A stretch of DNA of 64,000 nucleotides from contig NW_024704743.1 in NCBI RefSeq assembly GCF_018977255.1, positions 18,788,001 to 18,852,000 of the forward strand, read 5' to 3'. The notes beneath the pieces were generated by a model, which did no database searches, had not been told where the DNA came from, and saw only the letters and a program-made list of their open reading frames with translations. Positions 37,895-51,300 of the stretch are shown in pieces (within the stretch, counting starts at the first letter, position 1; each line of letters begins with the position of its first letter). The DNA comes from Callorhinchus milii (taxonomy: Eukaryota). The position numbers and the translations under genes are program-made.

Positions 37895-40800
37895 GTGAGT
37901 TAAATGAGTTTAATACCCACTGCCTACTTTACTGCTCTTCTTTCTTCAATCTGTTAACTTAAAACAAGCTTTTCAAAGATGGTTCCACTCCTGCCATTTT
38001 TTTGTGATCTTTAACCTTATGTCAAACAGGAAAAAAGGTATAACCTCCTTTGTCCACAAAATACACAGTCAATTTACTTTACAATACATTCTGTGACATG
38101 CTTTGAGATGTCTCAATGGCGTGATTGGGGTGCTATATTAAATACAAAAATTCTTATTCTTATTATTGCAATGGCCACATATTAAAATCATTCTAAATGA
38201 TCAACAGAGCTCATCGATGTAACAAAATACTATACAATACAAAATTGAATTTGTATAGCACGTTTCACATCGGGAGGATGACCCAAGGCGCTGGAATGTA
38301 TCCTGCATGAAGGGCATTATATAAATGAAAATTGTTATCAGTGTTTATGAACAGATGTTAATTCCAATTCACCATTACATTTAAAATCCAGGTAAAAACA
38401 GAGGTGAACACGGTATTATATTTTCTGGGTGGAAACAAAAACTTCTCAGAGCGCTTTACAGTAACAGGAAGTGAAAAGCTCATTATTATACAAAAACAAT
38501 AAAGTTTTTTGGGGAGAAGAATGTCTTTTATAGGAAAAACTTTGTTATAGCATAAGACAAAATTTCACCTAGCCTTAACCGATACAACCAATTTTGTCTT
38601 GAAATTTCAGATTGTCAGAATTGTGCAAAATCCTTAAATTCCATCTTAATGTACATAGCTGCTTTTCTGCTATTCCTTTTTAAAAAAAAACTTTCAGCTT
38701 AAGACTAAATTTAAGACATTTCCATAATTCAGTGCCATCTTAAATTTTAAGACAATAGGGTCTTAAAGGCTAAAATCAAGTGTTTTCCAGTTAATAGACT
38801 TTTGAATTGGGATTTCCTCAGAGTCTACCCTTGTATTGCTTTAAGCACTCTGTGATGCTACGCTCTTGAAGGACGATAAATGTAAATAGTTGTTTGGTAT
38901 TATGGCAGAGGGCATATTTGCTAGAATATTTGCCAAAAATCTCCAACATATCCAAATACCTGCAGGAGCTACTAGTTCCGAGTATATTTCTGATTATTGC
39001 AAATAAGACCACACTTTAATGCTTAATAGTATCAGCCTGGTGTCAGCCTAGTTCGGTTCACCTATAAATAGTGTCACATTAGTGTAAAATCCTTTGAATT
39101 GCATTGAGAACAGATGTGATGAGGGGCAGATGATTATTTCTTAGTGTTTTTTTACAAATCTGAAATGGGCTACTTATATGCATTTAGAATTTTCAATTCA
39201 TGACAAGGCTCTTTGATGATGCCCATGCCCCAACAAATCTTATTTTAATTACTACTTTTGAATGGGTCTTGTGGATTACAAAAATATTAATCTTGTACTT
39301 GCAGTGGTTTGCGGGAAGTGGCAATGATTGTTTTTAATCAAACGAGAGGGGAAATAGAATTTAAATTAAGTCCCTGTAAATGATTCACATTTTGTGACCT
39401 GGAAAATGAAGACATAACTCAGGCATGACATGTGGTTTTCTGGCAATAGCAGCACCTAACTCCCATTAAGTCTGAACAAATGAATAAGCCCTTTGCACAA
39501 CATACAGTGCAGTAAGTGCTTTGTGCTGGAGTTTTAACACTAATCAGGAAACTAATTTCAAAGGATAAAAATCAGCTTCCAGGCCAATTTTTTTTTGTCT
39601 TAAAGAAATTCACATTTGTGCATGTCTTGTAGTTTACAAGAAATTATTTGTAGGTTTCAGAATTAAATCTTTAGTAATACAAATATTGAGTGAATCGGGT
39701 TGTAGGAGTACCCAAAAATTGAATTTTGGGGTTGTAGAAGTATGCGGACCTTTCTTATTACCTGTCATTCAAGTGGATAAAGGACTCGAATAGGAAAACT
39801 GGAGTATAAATGGTGTGAGCTCCAGGAACAGCATCTTGAGTGGTAAGGTGCGTCTCAAGCAGAGAACCCCCATATACATCACTCTGACTCACAAGAACTC
39901 TGCTCCGACCTGTAATTGCTTTTGGAACAAAGTTCTCGAGGTCAGATTAACTTACATTTGGTTCCCTATAGGACCTGTACTTTAAACCTCGAAGATATTT
40001 TTCCCCCAGAAGTAATGCAATTTACACAACAGCTTTCCCGTTCAATCACTTTTTTCAACCCTAATGTACACAGTTTACGCATAATTTACCATTCCTTTGA
40101 ACTACATGCATGTTAGAAAATATACATCAGATGAATATCATTTATAGGAGTCAACCATGGTTAATATCAGTACTGAAAAAAATATATTCCTAGCTGAAGC
40201 TGGCTATTTTAGATCCTCATGAAGCACAGTTTCAGCACCATCTAGTGGTATTGTTCAGTTATTAAAATTAATAATAACATTTCAATTATTTTTTATTTCT
40301 GAAGATAATTGTTGGAAAATGACTGCAGTATTTCTGATCTGATATAACATACCCACTTATTACCCTGCAATGTTTATATAATTACAATCTGGAGCTGATA
40401 CTCCAGTGTAGTAATGGAGAAGTGCTGCATTGTCAAGAGAAACCATCTTTCCGATGAGACAAAGATCCAGGTGGTCTGTTCAGATGGAGGTTAAAAATCC
40501 CATAATAACAATAATTAATATTTAATCATTGTATTTTGTATATTGCCTATAATGTTGAGAATGTCTCAAAGTGCTTCACAAAACTGGTTCACAAAGAAGA
40601 TAAGGATAAAGGTAAGGCATTCACATCCTGGCAAAGAATCAGTTGAAATAGAACAAACAAAGAGTTGGAATTTGGGGTTCAACATTGTGAGAATACAGGG
40701 AGAAAGATGAGGGAGGCAGAAACACATTTAGTGTTTTGGAGAAGAAAGAGGTGAAAATCTATAAGAGCAATGACCCTTCTGATACTGTATCAATTGAGAA

Positions 40801-40925
40801 AGATAACACAGAAGAGAGAGAGAGAGAGGTCAAACAAGAAGATAGAATAGTTGAAAATTTATTCCTACTCCATCATCATGTTAATATTAAAATGCTGACT
40901 ATATTTTTTATTTTCACTTCAACAG

Positions 40926-41054
40926 TTGCCCGACATGACCCATGTTCAATCAACAAAGCCCTGGTTGATGTTCATTTTTCAGAATATTGGATTGCTATTG
41001 GGATGGACTTGTCTTCTGCTTCTTGCCTTGTATGAAGATAGGCTTATAATATAG
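40926..41054 (+). CDS. slc39a12: slc39a12 last coding exon ([16 protein letters not shown]...[10 protein letters not shown]8)
   Basis: caacAG acceptor, 42 codons then TAG at 41052-41054. Confidence 0.95.
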   Translation: MPDMTHVQSTKPWLMFIFQNIGLLLGWTCLLLLALYEDRLII

Positions 41055-41866
41055 AATGATTTTAATACTCTCCCAGAGGGGAGGATGAATGTTCCACAGA
41101 ATATCCAATTTATATCATTGATGCACTGTCCTTTTGAAATGAAAACTATATTATTTTCCTAGACAGAAACAGGGTTTAAATTTACATACATAGTGTGATT
41201 AGGAAAGAAGTGTCATTCAGAATGGTCAATGAAACATCCCATTTTTTTGGTGATTGTGTTTTGTGAACTTTACAGCAACCCAAATCGGAATCATTTTTAC
41301 AAAAAACAAGTGTATTTTTGATACATTTGTTAGCAATGAAGATTTCACCTATTGGAGTTATGAAGCAAAACTGAGCTTGAGCCAAATCATTTAAAATAAT
41401 AATGTTTAGAACAAGTTTGCTGCAAAAAATAATAGTTTTGAAATGCTGCCTGTGATTTTTTTAAAAAAGTGTTATTTGATTGAAATTCGTATTCCAATTC
41501 AATAACAATGCAATGTAATACTAACACAGTGACACTAACACAGAAACATCTCCATCAACAACAAATTACAATTGTATAGCACCTTTCATATCGGGAGGAT
41601 GTCCTAGGGCACTGGACAGTCAGGGATTTGGACTCAGTCAGAAAGATCACTGACTGGGTCATAGAGTTCCTTGATGATAATGCCAAGAAATGTTATCAAA
41701 ATCTTCATTTCTACTCTTGATATTAAAATACTATGAAATATATTTGTAACAAAGGGTATAATTTCTGGGAGGATAATATGCAAATCTCTTTATATCAACA
41801 TCTAATTCTAACATTATCGTTTGGATCTTCACATGTATGTTATTTAAAGCGTAGCTCGTGTTCCTG

Positions 41867-41872
41867 AATAAA
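41867..41872 (+). terminator. Candidate polyadenylation signal of slc39a12
   Basis: AATAAA about 0.8 kb after the stop codon; alternative ATTAAA at 41722. Confidence 0.45.
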
Positions 41873-43838
41873 AAAATACATTCAAACAACTCAGAACTTT
41901 GTAAATGTATAGTCATGATTTACATGGAGGCAATGGTTGCCTATTTTGTCACACTGCGTAGATTAATCAATCTTGTTACATTTATGCACAGAGTGCAAAT
42001 ATCACCTCATTTATCGTCTTTTCCCATGAAAGAAGAGTGAAGTTCACCTGTGGGGGCATCTGGTTAGGCAGATGTTCATCTGATTACTGGCAGGATTCAA
42101 TATTTGCAAGTTGTTTGCAAGTACATAGAGTTACATAGAGTACTATGGCACAGAATCAGGCCATTCGGCCCAACAAGTGCGTGCCAGTGTATATACTTTG
42201 CATGAGCCCCCCACCCTGAATATATCAGTGGCATTTCACAAATTTCCAAAAACTTTGCATAATCTTATAATCCAAGCCTTAAAGCTAAATTCATGAGAAA
42301 TACTGTATTGTGTTTCTGAAGATCATGACTGAACCCAAACGCAAAAGGAAAGCGTGAGTGAGGAAACCGACTGCAGCCCGCACAAACAGGTCTCTGAATA
42401 CAAACAGTAACGACGGCAACCGATCACAGTTTAAGGAAGCAATTGTTCAAATGGTGAGGGACTGGGAATTGATTAATGGTAATGAGCAGAGTGAGTGATA
42501 GTTTATAAAAGAGTGAAGCGACACAGCGTATCAGATGCAAATTGTGAGAGTATCTGGAAGACATAATGGAAGTTAAATATCCCATGCACTACTGAAAAAG
42601 AGAAAGGAGTTTCTCCTTCTCAAATGAGACTTGGCCGACATTCTGCCAAATAAAATTGGTCATGTACTTCATGGCTGTTGTGGAACATTGCTGCATGCTA
42701 TTGGATACTAATTAATAAATAAAGATCAATTAACTAGGACCAATGGAAGGAGATCAGGAGGAAGAGAAAGCAGGAAGAACTGAGCAGAGGGTATTTGGTG
42801 TGGCTGTTGGATTGCGTAACTGGAGACCTGAGATAAAAGATTTTGAAGTAAGGGGAAAAAAATTATAGAGGAAAAGGGATCTGATATCAGGCTAAGCCTA
42901 AAAGGACAGGCAAAAGTCTGGGTTTTTCCCTGTTTAGGGAAACCCAGGTAAATTTTTTTTTTTGCCTAGTCATAGTCATTGGGAAAAAAATAGGAATGGG
43001 AAGGAGAGCAAAGAGAAGAGGGGTAGTAGTGTGGAAGAAGGAGAAATAATTGAGGATAAGGTATATGAAAGCAGGAAAGATAGAGTGGGTATAGACCGAG
43101 AAGTAGAAGTGAAAATGGCAGGGAAGCTGACAGGAGAGAGAGAGGGAAAAGTAATGGTAGTGGTGTGAGGAGAAATGGTGGGGGAGGAAAGAGAAGTGAA
43201 AGTAGCGGAAGGGAGGAGAAGGGGAAAGGAGAGAAAAGTAGGACTGAGAAAGTGGTGAGGAAAAGAGAGGAAGAGAAAAGTGAGAAGCAAAGTGGGGAAA
43301 TAATAGAGAAGGATAGAGGGAGGAGTGGAAATAAGATGGCAGGAACTGAGATGGAAGTGAAGCCAAAAGTGGATGGTGGTGAAGACCTGGTGGGAAGCTG
43401 TGAGATCTCAGTGGGAAGCTATGGGGCAAAGAAGATAGGGCCCAAAGCAGCGGTAGGAAGCCATGGGGCAGAGAAGATAGGGCCCAAAACCACGACGGGA
43501 AGTAGTGGACCGGAGGAGTTAGGGAAAAAAGACAAGGTGGGAAGTTGTGAGTCCGCGGAGGGAAGCCGCATTGGGAATCCGTGAGGCAGAGCGGGCAGGA
43601 CCCAAAGGCTCGGCAGAAAGCCACAAGGAGAGCGGGGAAGGTGAAGTCGGGGAGGTGGAGAGGAGAGCAGCGTCTCGGAGAACGAGAGACCTTTGGAGTG
43701 GAGGGCGGAAACCCCCAGCACCGAGGGCAGCAGAGGGAAGAGAAGACCTGTCAGGTCCCCCAAAGGGGTTGGGAATAGATCCAAGCAGGAGACGGGGAAA
43801 AGAAGGGGACAAGGAAAAGGTGGTAAGTATAGGGTAAG

Positions 43839-44005
43839 ATGTCACCGAGGATGGGTACCCTGAACATGCCCAGTGTATATGATAAAACACACTGTGTTGC
43901 AACACTCCAGTACCTGTCCAGGGTAAATACCGATGTTCTGTTCCTGCAGGAGTGCTGGATCCCGCACTTCGACAGCGACAGAGCCTGGTCCAAGTGATGG
44001 GATTC
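43839..44005 (+). pseudogene. Tx1/L1-type LINE ORF2 N-terminus (APE endonuclease start)
   Basis: MSPRMGTLNMPSVYDKTHCVATLQYLSRVNTDVLFLQECWIPH fits APE motifs TxN and DxxxLQE; starts 1 nt after the TAA (43835-43837) of an upstream low-complexity ORF. Confidence 0.65.
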
Positions 44006-44264
44006 CTGCAAGATATCATTGAAATGGGATTGCTAAAAAGAATTCAGAGTGTGGAGACAAAAAACTACAAACAGAAGAAAGCTCTTCTGGAGCAGAAGAA
44101 ATACTGAAAAAAATAAAGTTTTTGGAAAAAGGAGACTGATGAAAAGGGAATACACAATAAGATTAAAAAAACAGTAAAGCTTAGGAGAGTGTCAGAAGAA
44201 CTGAAAAAGAGACTAAAAAAAACATTATATAAAATGGAAAAGGACCAGATAATAAAAAAAAGTA

Positions 44265-45590
44265 GAGAAACCCACTGATTATGGAAGTGCCGTGGTAGCT
44301 GTAGAAAAAAAACGGATAAATCGTTAAGAATATGTCTCGACCCACAATAATTGAACAAATCAATAAAAAGGGAACACTGCGATATCTACTTTAGAGGATA
44401 TTCGTGCATTGTTGCATGGAGCTCGACATTAGACTGTTCATCCAGATATTGGCAAGTCAAATTGTCGGAGGAAAGTACATACTTGACAACATTTATGACG
44501 CCTTACGGGAGATATTGCTTTCACAGAATGCCATTCGGCATCAACTCAACAGGTATTTCAGAAAAAACTGTCACAACTAATAGAAGGAATACCAGGAGTC
44601 ATATACTATATTGATGACATCCTAATGTATGGATGGACAAGAAAGGAACACGATGAAAGTTTGAAGCAGGCACTAAAACAATGTTTGCAGGAAAATGTAA
44701 AATTGAACAAAGAGAAATGCCGGATAGGAGTAAAGTAAAATATTTGGGACACATCATTACCCAGGATGGGTTGAAAATTGATCCACAAAAAGTAACCATA
44801 ATCACAAAAATGCCTGCACCTACAGATAAGAAGGCAGTAAAAAGACTAATGGGAATGGTGAATTGGGTGGAGAGATTCATTCTGAAAGTTACTGAAATCA
44901 TAGAGAGCTTGTCAAAGAAAACAGAATTAATATCGGAAAAGGAACAGCAACGAGCACTTAATAAAATGAAAGAGACCATATCAAAAGCTTCAGTATTAAA
45001 ATTTTATGATATAAGTGCACCAGTGACAATATCTGTGGATGCAAGTCAGTCCAGAATAGGAGCAGTAGTAATACAAAGAGGAAAAATCATAGCATATGCA
45101 TCCAGGACTCTCTCGGAAAGGGAGAAAATAATAATAATAATAATAATAATCCTTGCATTTGATATAGCGCTTTTCACGTCGGGAGGACGTCCCAAAGCGC
45201 TTCACAGAGTACACTGCAAAGTGAATTGACTGTATATTTGTGGGCAAACACGGCAGCCAATTGCGCACAGCAATGTCCCACAAATAGTCGTAGATTGAAA
45301 ATGACCAATTTATTATTGTTTTGGGTTTTGGAGGGATTAAAGATATGCCCAGATGGAAAAAGAGTGTTTAGCTGTGGTGTTTGGATGTGAAAGATAGCAA
45401 TATACATTTGGGGAAAAAAGTGATTATGGTAAATGATCATCAATCATTAGAGGCCATTCTGAGAAAAGGGCTCAATGAAACACCACCAAGACTACAAAGA
45501 ATGAGAATACGGCCACAGAGATATAGTATTGAATTTCAGTACAAACCTGGGAAACACTATATGTGGCAGTCGTACTAAGTCGAGCCACCA
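44265..45590 (+). pseudogene. Gypsy pol remnant (RT and RNase H), frameshifted
   Basis: LRICLDP, YWQVKL, TPYGRYCFHRMPFGI, YIDDILMYG, KYLGHII, VDASQ..IGAV, IAYASRTL, YAQMEKE, DHQSL and RLQRM motifs. Confidence 0.92.
45127..45339 (-). mobile_element. 5'-truncated young SINE inserted in Gypsy RNase H
   Basis: Splits SEREK/RYAQMEKE. Confidence 0.9.
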
Positions 45591-46091
45591 ATCAAAAGGT
45601 GAACGAAGATGAGGAGCAATTAGAAAAAGAATTCTAGGTATGGGAAATGGCAAAGACAACAAGACAGGAGAAAGAGATTAGAAAAGCAAACAAAAGAGAT
45701 AGGATAAGTACCGCAATTCAGACAATGCTGAAAAAGGGGTGGTCTAAAAACAGAAAAGAGGCACCAGAAGAGGTTCACGGGAAATATGCCAAAGAAGGAC
45801 AGAGGAAGAAAAAGAAGAATAGAAGGAAGATCCAAGTTTGCCGGAAACATTGAGAACCTCCAGATCAGGGAGAGTAATAAAACCAACAAGGAGAATAATT
45901 GAACAAGACTGAGATACAAAGAAAAAAAGAGGAAATCAAAAAGGGGAAAATGTTGGATACTAATTAATAAAAAAGCACCAATTGACTAAGGACCAATGGA
46001 AGGAGATCAGGAGGGAGAGAAAGCAGGAAGCACAGTTTAACAGTTAAGTAGAGGGTTTTTGGTGTGTTGGATTGTCTAACTGGAGACCTAA

Positions 46092-46405
46092 AATAATAAT
46101 TATAATAATAATAATCCTTGCATTTGATATAGCGCTTTTCAAGTCTTTTCGACGTCTCAAAGAGCTTCACAGAATAGACTGTAAGTGAATTGACCGTATA
46201 TTTGTGGGCAAAACGCAGCAGCCAATTGCGCACAGCAGTGTCCCACAAACAGTCGTGGATTGAAAATGACCAATTTATTATTGTTTTGGAGGGATTATTA
46301 TTAGACGTGTGGAGTAAGGAAACTTGCCCAAGGTTTCACCCTGCCTGGAATTGAATCCAGGTGTCTCGCTTGCGAAGCGAGTGCTCTAACCACTGAGCTA
46401 CAGGA
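46092..46405 (-). mobile_element. Young tRNA-Ala SINE inserted in the Gypsy 3' LTR
   Basis: Nearly full-length reverse-complement copy. Confidence 0.9.
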
Positions 46406-49400
46406 AGTGTTCTATACATTGAGATACATTTGTTGAGAACGTAACACATGCAATTAGACTATTGCATTGGTCTGCAAAATCTAAAGTCATTACACTTTAC
46501 CGTGAATAATGTGAATGTTTGAGACATCATTTCAGCAAGGATTGTTATTATAATAGTCTTATTTATTCATACAAAATGTGCATGATCTGTGAAGTGCTTG
46601 ATTCTCAGACCACTTTTCTCATCCTTTTCTTGTATTCTTAATTTATTTAGCAAATCATTTATTTCATGATTTATTTAATGCCAAATATATGCAGAACAAA
46701 TTTGACAGCATAAAACACAGAGATGAGTTTGACAGTAATTTAACATTCAGCAACGCATTCAAAGGTGACTTTGATTATTAATTTGTTCTGTGTTTGATTA
46801 ATTTAGCAATTGATCTGTCAAGAAGTACATTTACGTAACACTTCAGCAGGTTATATTTCAGTCAGCAACTCATTCATTCGGGAAATAAAGTGATCAGTTT
46901 GCAATTGGGTGAAATAAGATGACAAGTCATCAGTTCAGGTGTTACGTTTCTTCAGCAACCCAGTCATTCAGCAGTTCAGTTACTCGATGACCATTAATGG
47001 AAAATCAGCTTTGAATCAGGAAATGATCATTTGAGACAATTTAACAGTAAAGTAACTTTGTAAAGGGATTACGTCAGTGAAGTACAACAGGGGATCAATG
47101 AATAAGAAGCTATCAGTTAACGGTGAATTGCAAATGTGATAGACTCTGAGTATATAGGTTTAGAGTTGCAAAGAGCAATTTCAGGACAGACAACCGGGAA
47201 GTTTTTTTTTACCCAAAGCGTAAACAACAACTGAAATAGGTTGCCAGGAAGGGTGGTAGAGGCCAGGACACTGCACGCATTTCAAATACAGGTTGATGGT
47301 GTACTGTGAGTATAGTAGGTGGGTGTTCTGGAAGGATGAGATTGGATGGGTTGAAAAGCCTTTTTAATTCAGAATAATCTTACGATCTTGTTACTTTTTC
47401 AGATTTCCAAACTCCAGTGTTTCTCTTACACTGGCCTTCCGGAATGCAACCCCAAATTTTATGAAGACCTGCTGCCCCTTTACCCAAACTGTGTGTAACT
47501 GCAGCTGTTTCAAATGGGCAATTGTATGACGACAGATAATTATAAATTACCACATCATAAAATAATGATAATTGTATGATTTAAAACCTGTGTAACCTGT
47601 GTCAAAGGCCTTATTTATAGTGACAGACACTATTGACGCTGAGAAGGGTTGGAGAGAGGACAAAAGGGGGGTGCAGTAATGCCAAGCTTGGGTTTTAAAA
47701 AATTGTAGACAGTAAGATAAGGCTCAATAGAAATAAAATTCTTGAGGAAAAGGCAGGATATAGCAGGTGATCACTAAACCTACTTTATAGACCAGCCAAT
47801 TCTCAGTCTAAATCTCCCCACCATCATTCACCTTTCTAGCTGTACTGTAGGGACCAGAGATAGATTTGGTCAACTAAGTGTTTGACACACATGTAAACCA
47901 ATCACCATGCTTAAAAGCATCCAAACCAATCTATGGAACATTCCATATCTGTATGGTTTCCATTTGTCTGCTATGGGAGTGCACACTTTCTCCCTGCAGA
48001 AAAGCAAGCTGCTCACCTAATCTCTAAATGTTAGATACAGTTTCACTAAAATCCAAGCTTGGAGATCGCAAAAGGAGCATTGGGGATCCTGCTGGAGTTT
48101 AACCAGCTAACAGCATAGAATTTGTCATTGCAATTGCCTGCTTCTTGTATAACTAGGACTTCCTTATTTATTGGGACTTTGGCTTGCAAGGTTAATAGGA
48201 GTTGATTTGGAAGAATCCCTGTCCCAAGTGCCTGCTCTGATCCTCTCTGTCGTGCTAGTGAGCCAGGCTGGCTGGCATGTTGTCAACATTTCCTTGGAGT
48301 ACTACAGACTTTCCTGGATCAGGAATTGCTGACTAATCTGATTTTGATATTCCATTGCCAGAAATTGTACCTTGGAGGCAACTCTGGTCCAAAGAGGCCT
48401 CGGTTACCCCCTCGGCCCAGGGGAGTAGTGGCTAGACATTATCCATTAGAAATATGGAAATATCTATTCTGATTAGACATCTGGAGACTAAAACTGGACT
48501 GAAGTACAGTTTGCTTTATCATTGCAAGGGACTCCAAGCAAGATTATTGTTATTGTTTAAATAGTAAGTTAATGCCACACTCCAAGAGCAGATGTGAAAG
48601 CTATTAATAGTGTCCCTCTGCACGTTGGATAAAGTTACATCCTGGGTAATATAAAGATTATGTTACATTCCGCACCCTCCCCCCACTCCACTGTTCAGAT
48701 ATACAAAGCTTCTGCTGGCATACATAACAGTGTCTTGTTTTTTAAAAAAAGTGCAGTTAAATATAATTCTTCAGAAAACAGGTCACTGTGGGCAAGAATT
48801 GTCCATTATAGCAAACACCTAACACCAATGAAAATTCTGGCAAAAGTGCCTGTGATAAACTACTCCCATCCTCACTTCAGAGTGACCTGGCTGGCCTGTT
48901 TGTAGGCTCTACTGTTAATGGTACAGTGCTACCAACCACAAAGGGAACTGAACATAATGGTAACCAGAAAAATGCTAATTAGTCCAGTTTCTTGAAACAC
49001 ATTTTGACAGACACCTCAAAAGATTACACAAGATCAGTTCAGGACCTTTAGCTCATCCGATCTCATCTTTCCAGAGTAATCACTCTGCGTCCTCCCATCA
49101 CAGCAGCAAGCACTTAAAAAGAGTCCAGCATCGAGTCTCAACCACATTTCACTTTTTAATTAGCCTCAGGATAAATAAATACTTTGCAGTATATGTCCTG
49201 AAATTGTCCTTTGCAACCGGTAACCTGTGTCGTCTTGCTCTGTTGCCTCAATGCTTCTGAAAGTATTGTTCTGGGTTTAATCCCATTAAGGCACTGAAAC
49301 AACTACACATAATTTGCATATAATGTTTTTGCTCAGCCGGATGTCTGACACATGCAGAAACCCATCACCGTGCTTAAAGTATGCAAATCAAACAAAGATC

Positions 49401-51097
49401 CGTGCATCCCATCTACACGTGGAAATTCCTGTGTTTTGGAATGCGCACATAAGAGTACTACATTTTAACACTAAAAATAAACACATACCATTCAGTAATC
49501 TTTGGGTTTACATTAAATTCTAATCACAATTTACATTTTATAAAAATGAGCAGAGAACTAACAACTTAAAGAGCAAATTGTTTGACAAACCTATGCAGCA
49601 GTCTGCAAAGGTCTGGAATGCACTGCCTTGAAAGGGTGGTGGAGGCAGATTCAATAATATCTTTCAAATAGGAATTAAATATAGGTACTTAAAAAGGAAA
49701 CATTTGCAGGGCTATGGGGTAAGAGCGGGGGAATGAGACTACTTGGTGGCTCTTTCAAAGAGCCAGCACAGGCACAATAAGCCTAATGGTTTCCCTCTGT
49801 GCTGTAAAATTATATGATTCTATGATTCCATGAAATGCAATACAATTGTAAAACCTATTCCTATTGGAATTGAAGTTCTCCTATATTAGATCTAAACTCA
49901 ATGGCATAATATTAAAGAACCAATTTTGCCACAGTACAGCTCTGCCAAAAATAATATTTCTTGCAAGTCTTCTTACTTGAAATCAAAGAGCAGGACATTT
50001 TTGAAATGTTGCCTGCAGTTATTTTAGAATCCCCAATTCAATCTCATAAACATGATATGGCACTACAGAATTCAAAATTAATTTAACCTGACAGTCGATA
50101 ATACTTGCGTGTTACATTAAGCAGCTGGACTGTACTTCATTGAGTGACTACTATTAACAGAACCAACCTAAAGGATTACAAATTATTTACTTGGAAGGAA
50201 CAGTGTTGTCATGAATTTCTGGCTTTCAAATCAAAAAATGCCTGTTTACATGAAATTTTGCTTCACTGCGCTTTGGATCATCTTCTCCCTTCCCTGCCTT
50301 CCTCAGCTCTTTACCCCTCTCCCCCACCAAGATGAAAGACACCATGAAATTTGTATTGTATTTATCAGGGTTGTCGTCCTTTGAATAAGATGGTAAACTG
50401 AGGTGCCGTCTATCTGTTCTTCAGGTGGACATTTAGGAATCCATAACAATTCAAAAGAGTTTTTGTTTGGTCCTCGCTAACAATCCTTCAAATCAATTGT
50501 TCATTCACCTTACAGCGGTTTGTGAGACCTTGCTGACTGCAAAGTGGCTGCCGTGTTTGCTTACAGAAACCATGACTATATTTGGCAATAATTACTGTAA
50601 AGTGCTTTGAGATGTTTCAACGTGATAAGGCACTGTAAAAAAANCATTCTGCCTAAGTGTTATCAGCTATTTTGACCATATCTAATTACCACCAATTATA
50701 ATTAAACCAATCTAAATACAGAGATATTTTCCATATATTTCCTACTTTCATTTACATTGCATTAATTTGCATTAATTTCCTATACATGCCAACATGGCTA
50801 ACAATCTTGGATCTATTTTCTCTGGCTGTTGGGAACAAAGTACAAGAGAAAATCCTTAAAAGTACAGGCCATCAAACAATTATCTCTTCTATATCCCTTT
50901 CCTTTCCTTCAGTGACCATTAAGAGTAAAAGTAAAATGAGTTCTGGCAATTTCAGCGCATTTCTCAAAGGAATAAATCCAGAACAGAAACAAGCCGTTCA
51001 TATTCACCACTAACTGGCATTGTTTCCATTAGCTTCGTTCACTGCACTTACAAAGCCACAATAAAGAAAATGTAAATTATCATGGTACCAATATTAG

Positions 51098-51300
51098 GGC
51101 TTGCCTGACCTGCTGAGTGTTCCCAGCGACTTCTGTTTTTGTTTTCAGATTTACAGCATCTGCAGTATTTTGTGTTTTGTTTATATTTAATTCACTGCCA
51201 CTTCTCTTCTAGGAATGCCTACCTTGAAGAAGTTTTGTTCTTCTCTTTGACGTGATGCCTGACCTGCTGATTGTTCCCAACGACTTCTGTTTTTGTTTTT
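51098..51300 (+). mobile_element. Two Penelope-like terminal fragments
   Basis: TGCCTGACCTGCTGAGTGTTCCCAGCGACTTCTGTTTTTG is the reverse complement of 30880-30920. Confidence 0.7.

Larger units (their letters stand above)
16157..41054 (+). other. slc39a12: slc39a12 (ZIP12, LIV-1 subfamily zinc importer) gene span, 12 coding exons, predicted 704 aa
   Basis: Manually spliced exons are GT-AG and phase-compatible (249+285+208+185+178+173+177+108+76+159+188+129 = 2115 nt). The product has a signal peptide, a long ectodomain, TM4 HNFADG, TM5 [10 protein letters not shown] and C-terminal [11 protein letters not shown]...LYED, which match ZIP12. Confidence 0.95.
42699..46446 (+). mobile_element. Internally deleted Gypsy/Ty3 LTR retrotransposon
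   Basis: TSD CATGC at 42694-42698 and 46447-46451; 5' LTR part 42699-about 42830 (TATTGGATAC...) matches the 3' LTR 45951-46446 (TGTTGGATAC...TAACA); PPT AAAAAGGGGAAAA just before 45951. Confidence 0.88.

Noticed and set aside
42887..43624. 245-aa Phe/Ser/Leu-rich minus-strand ORF
   Set aside because: It is the antisense shadow of a purine-rich strand, with no domain or splice support.
45174..46248. Recurrent ORFs such as MWDIAVRNWL...KCKDYYYY
   Set aside because: These are chance translations of the SINE consensus.
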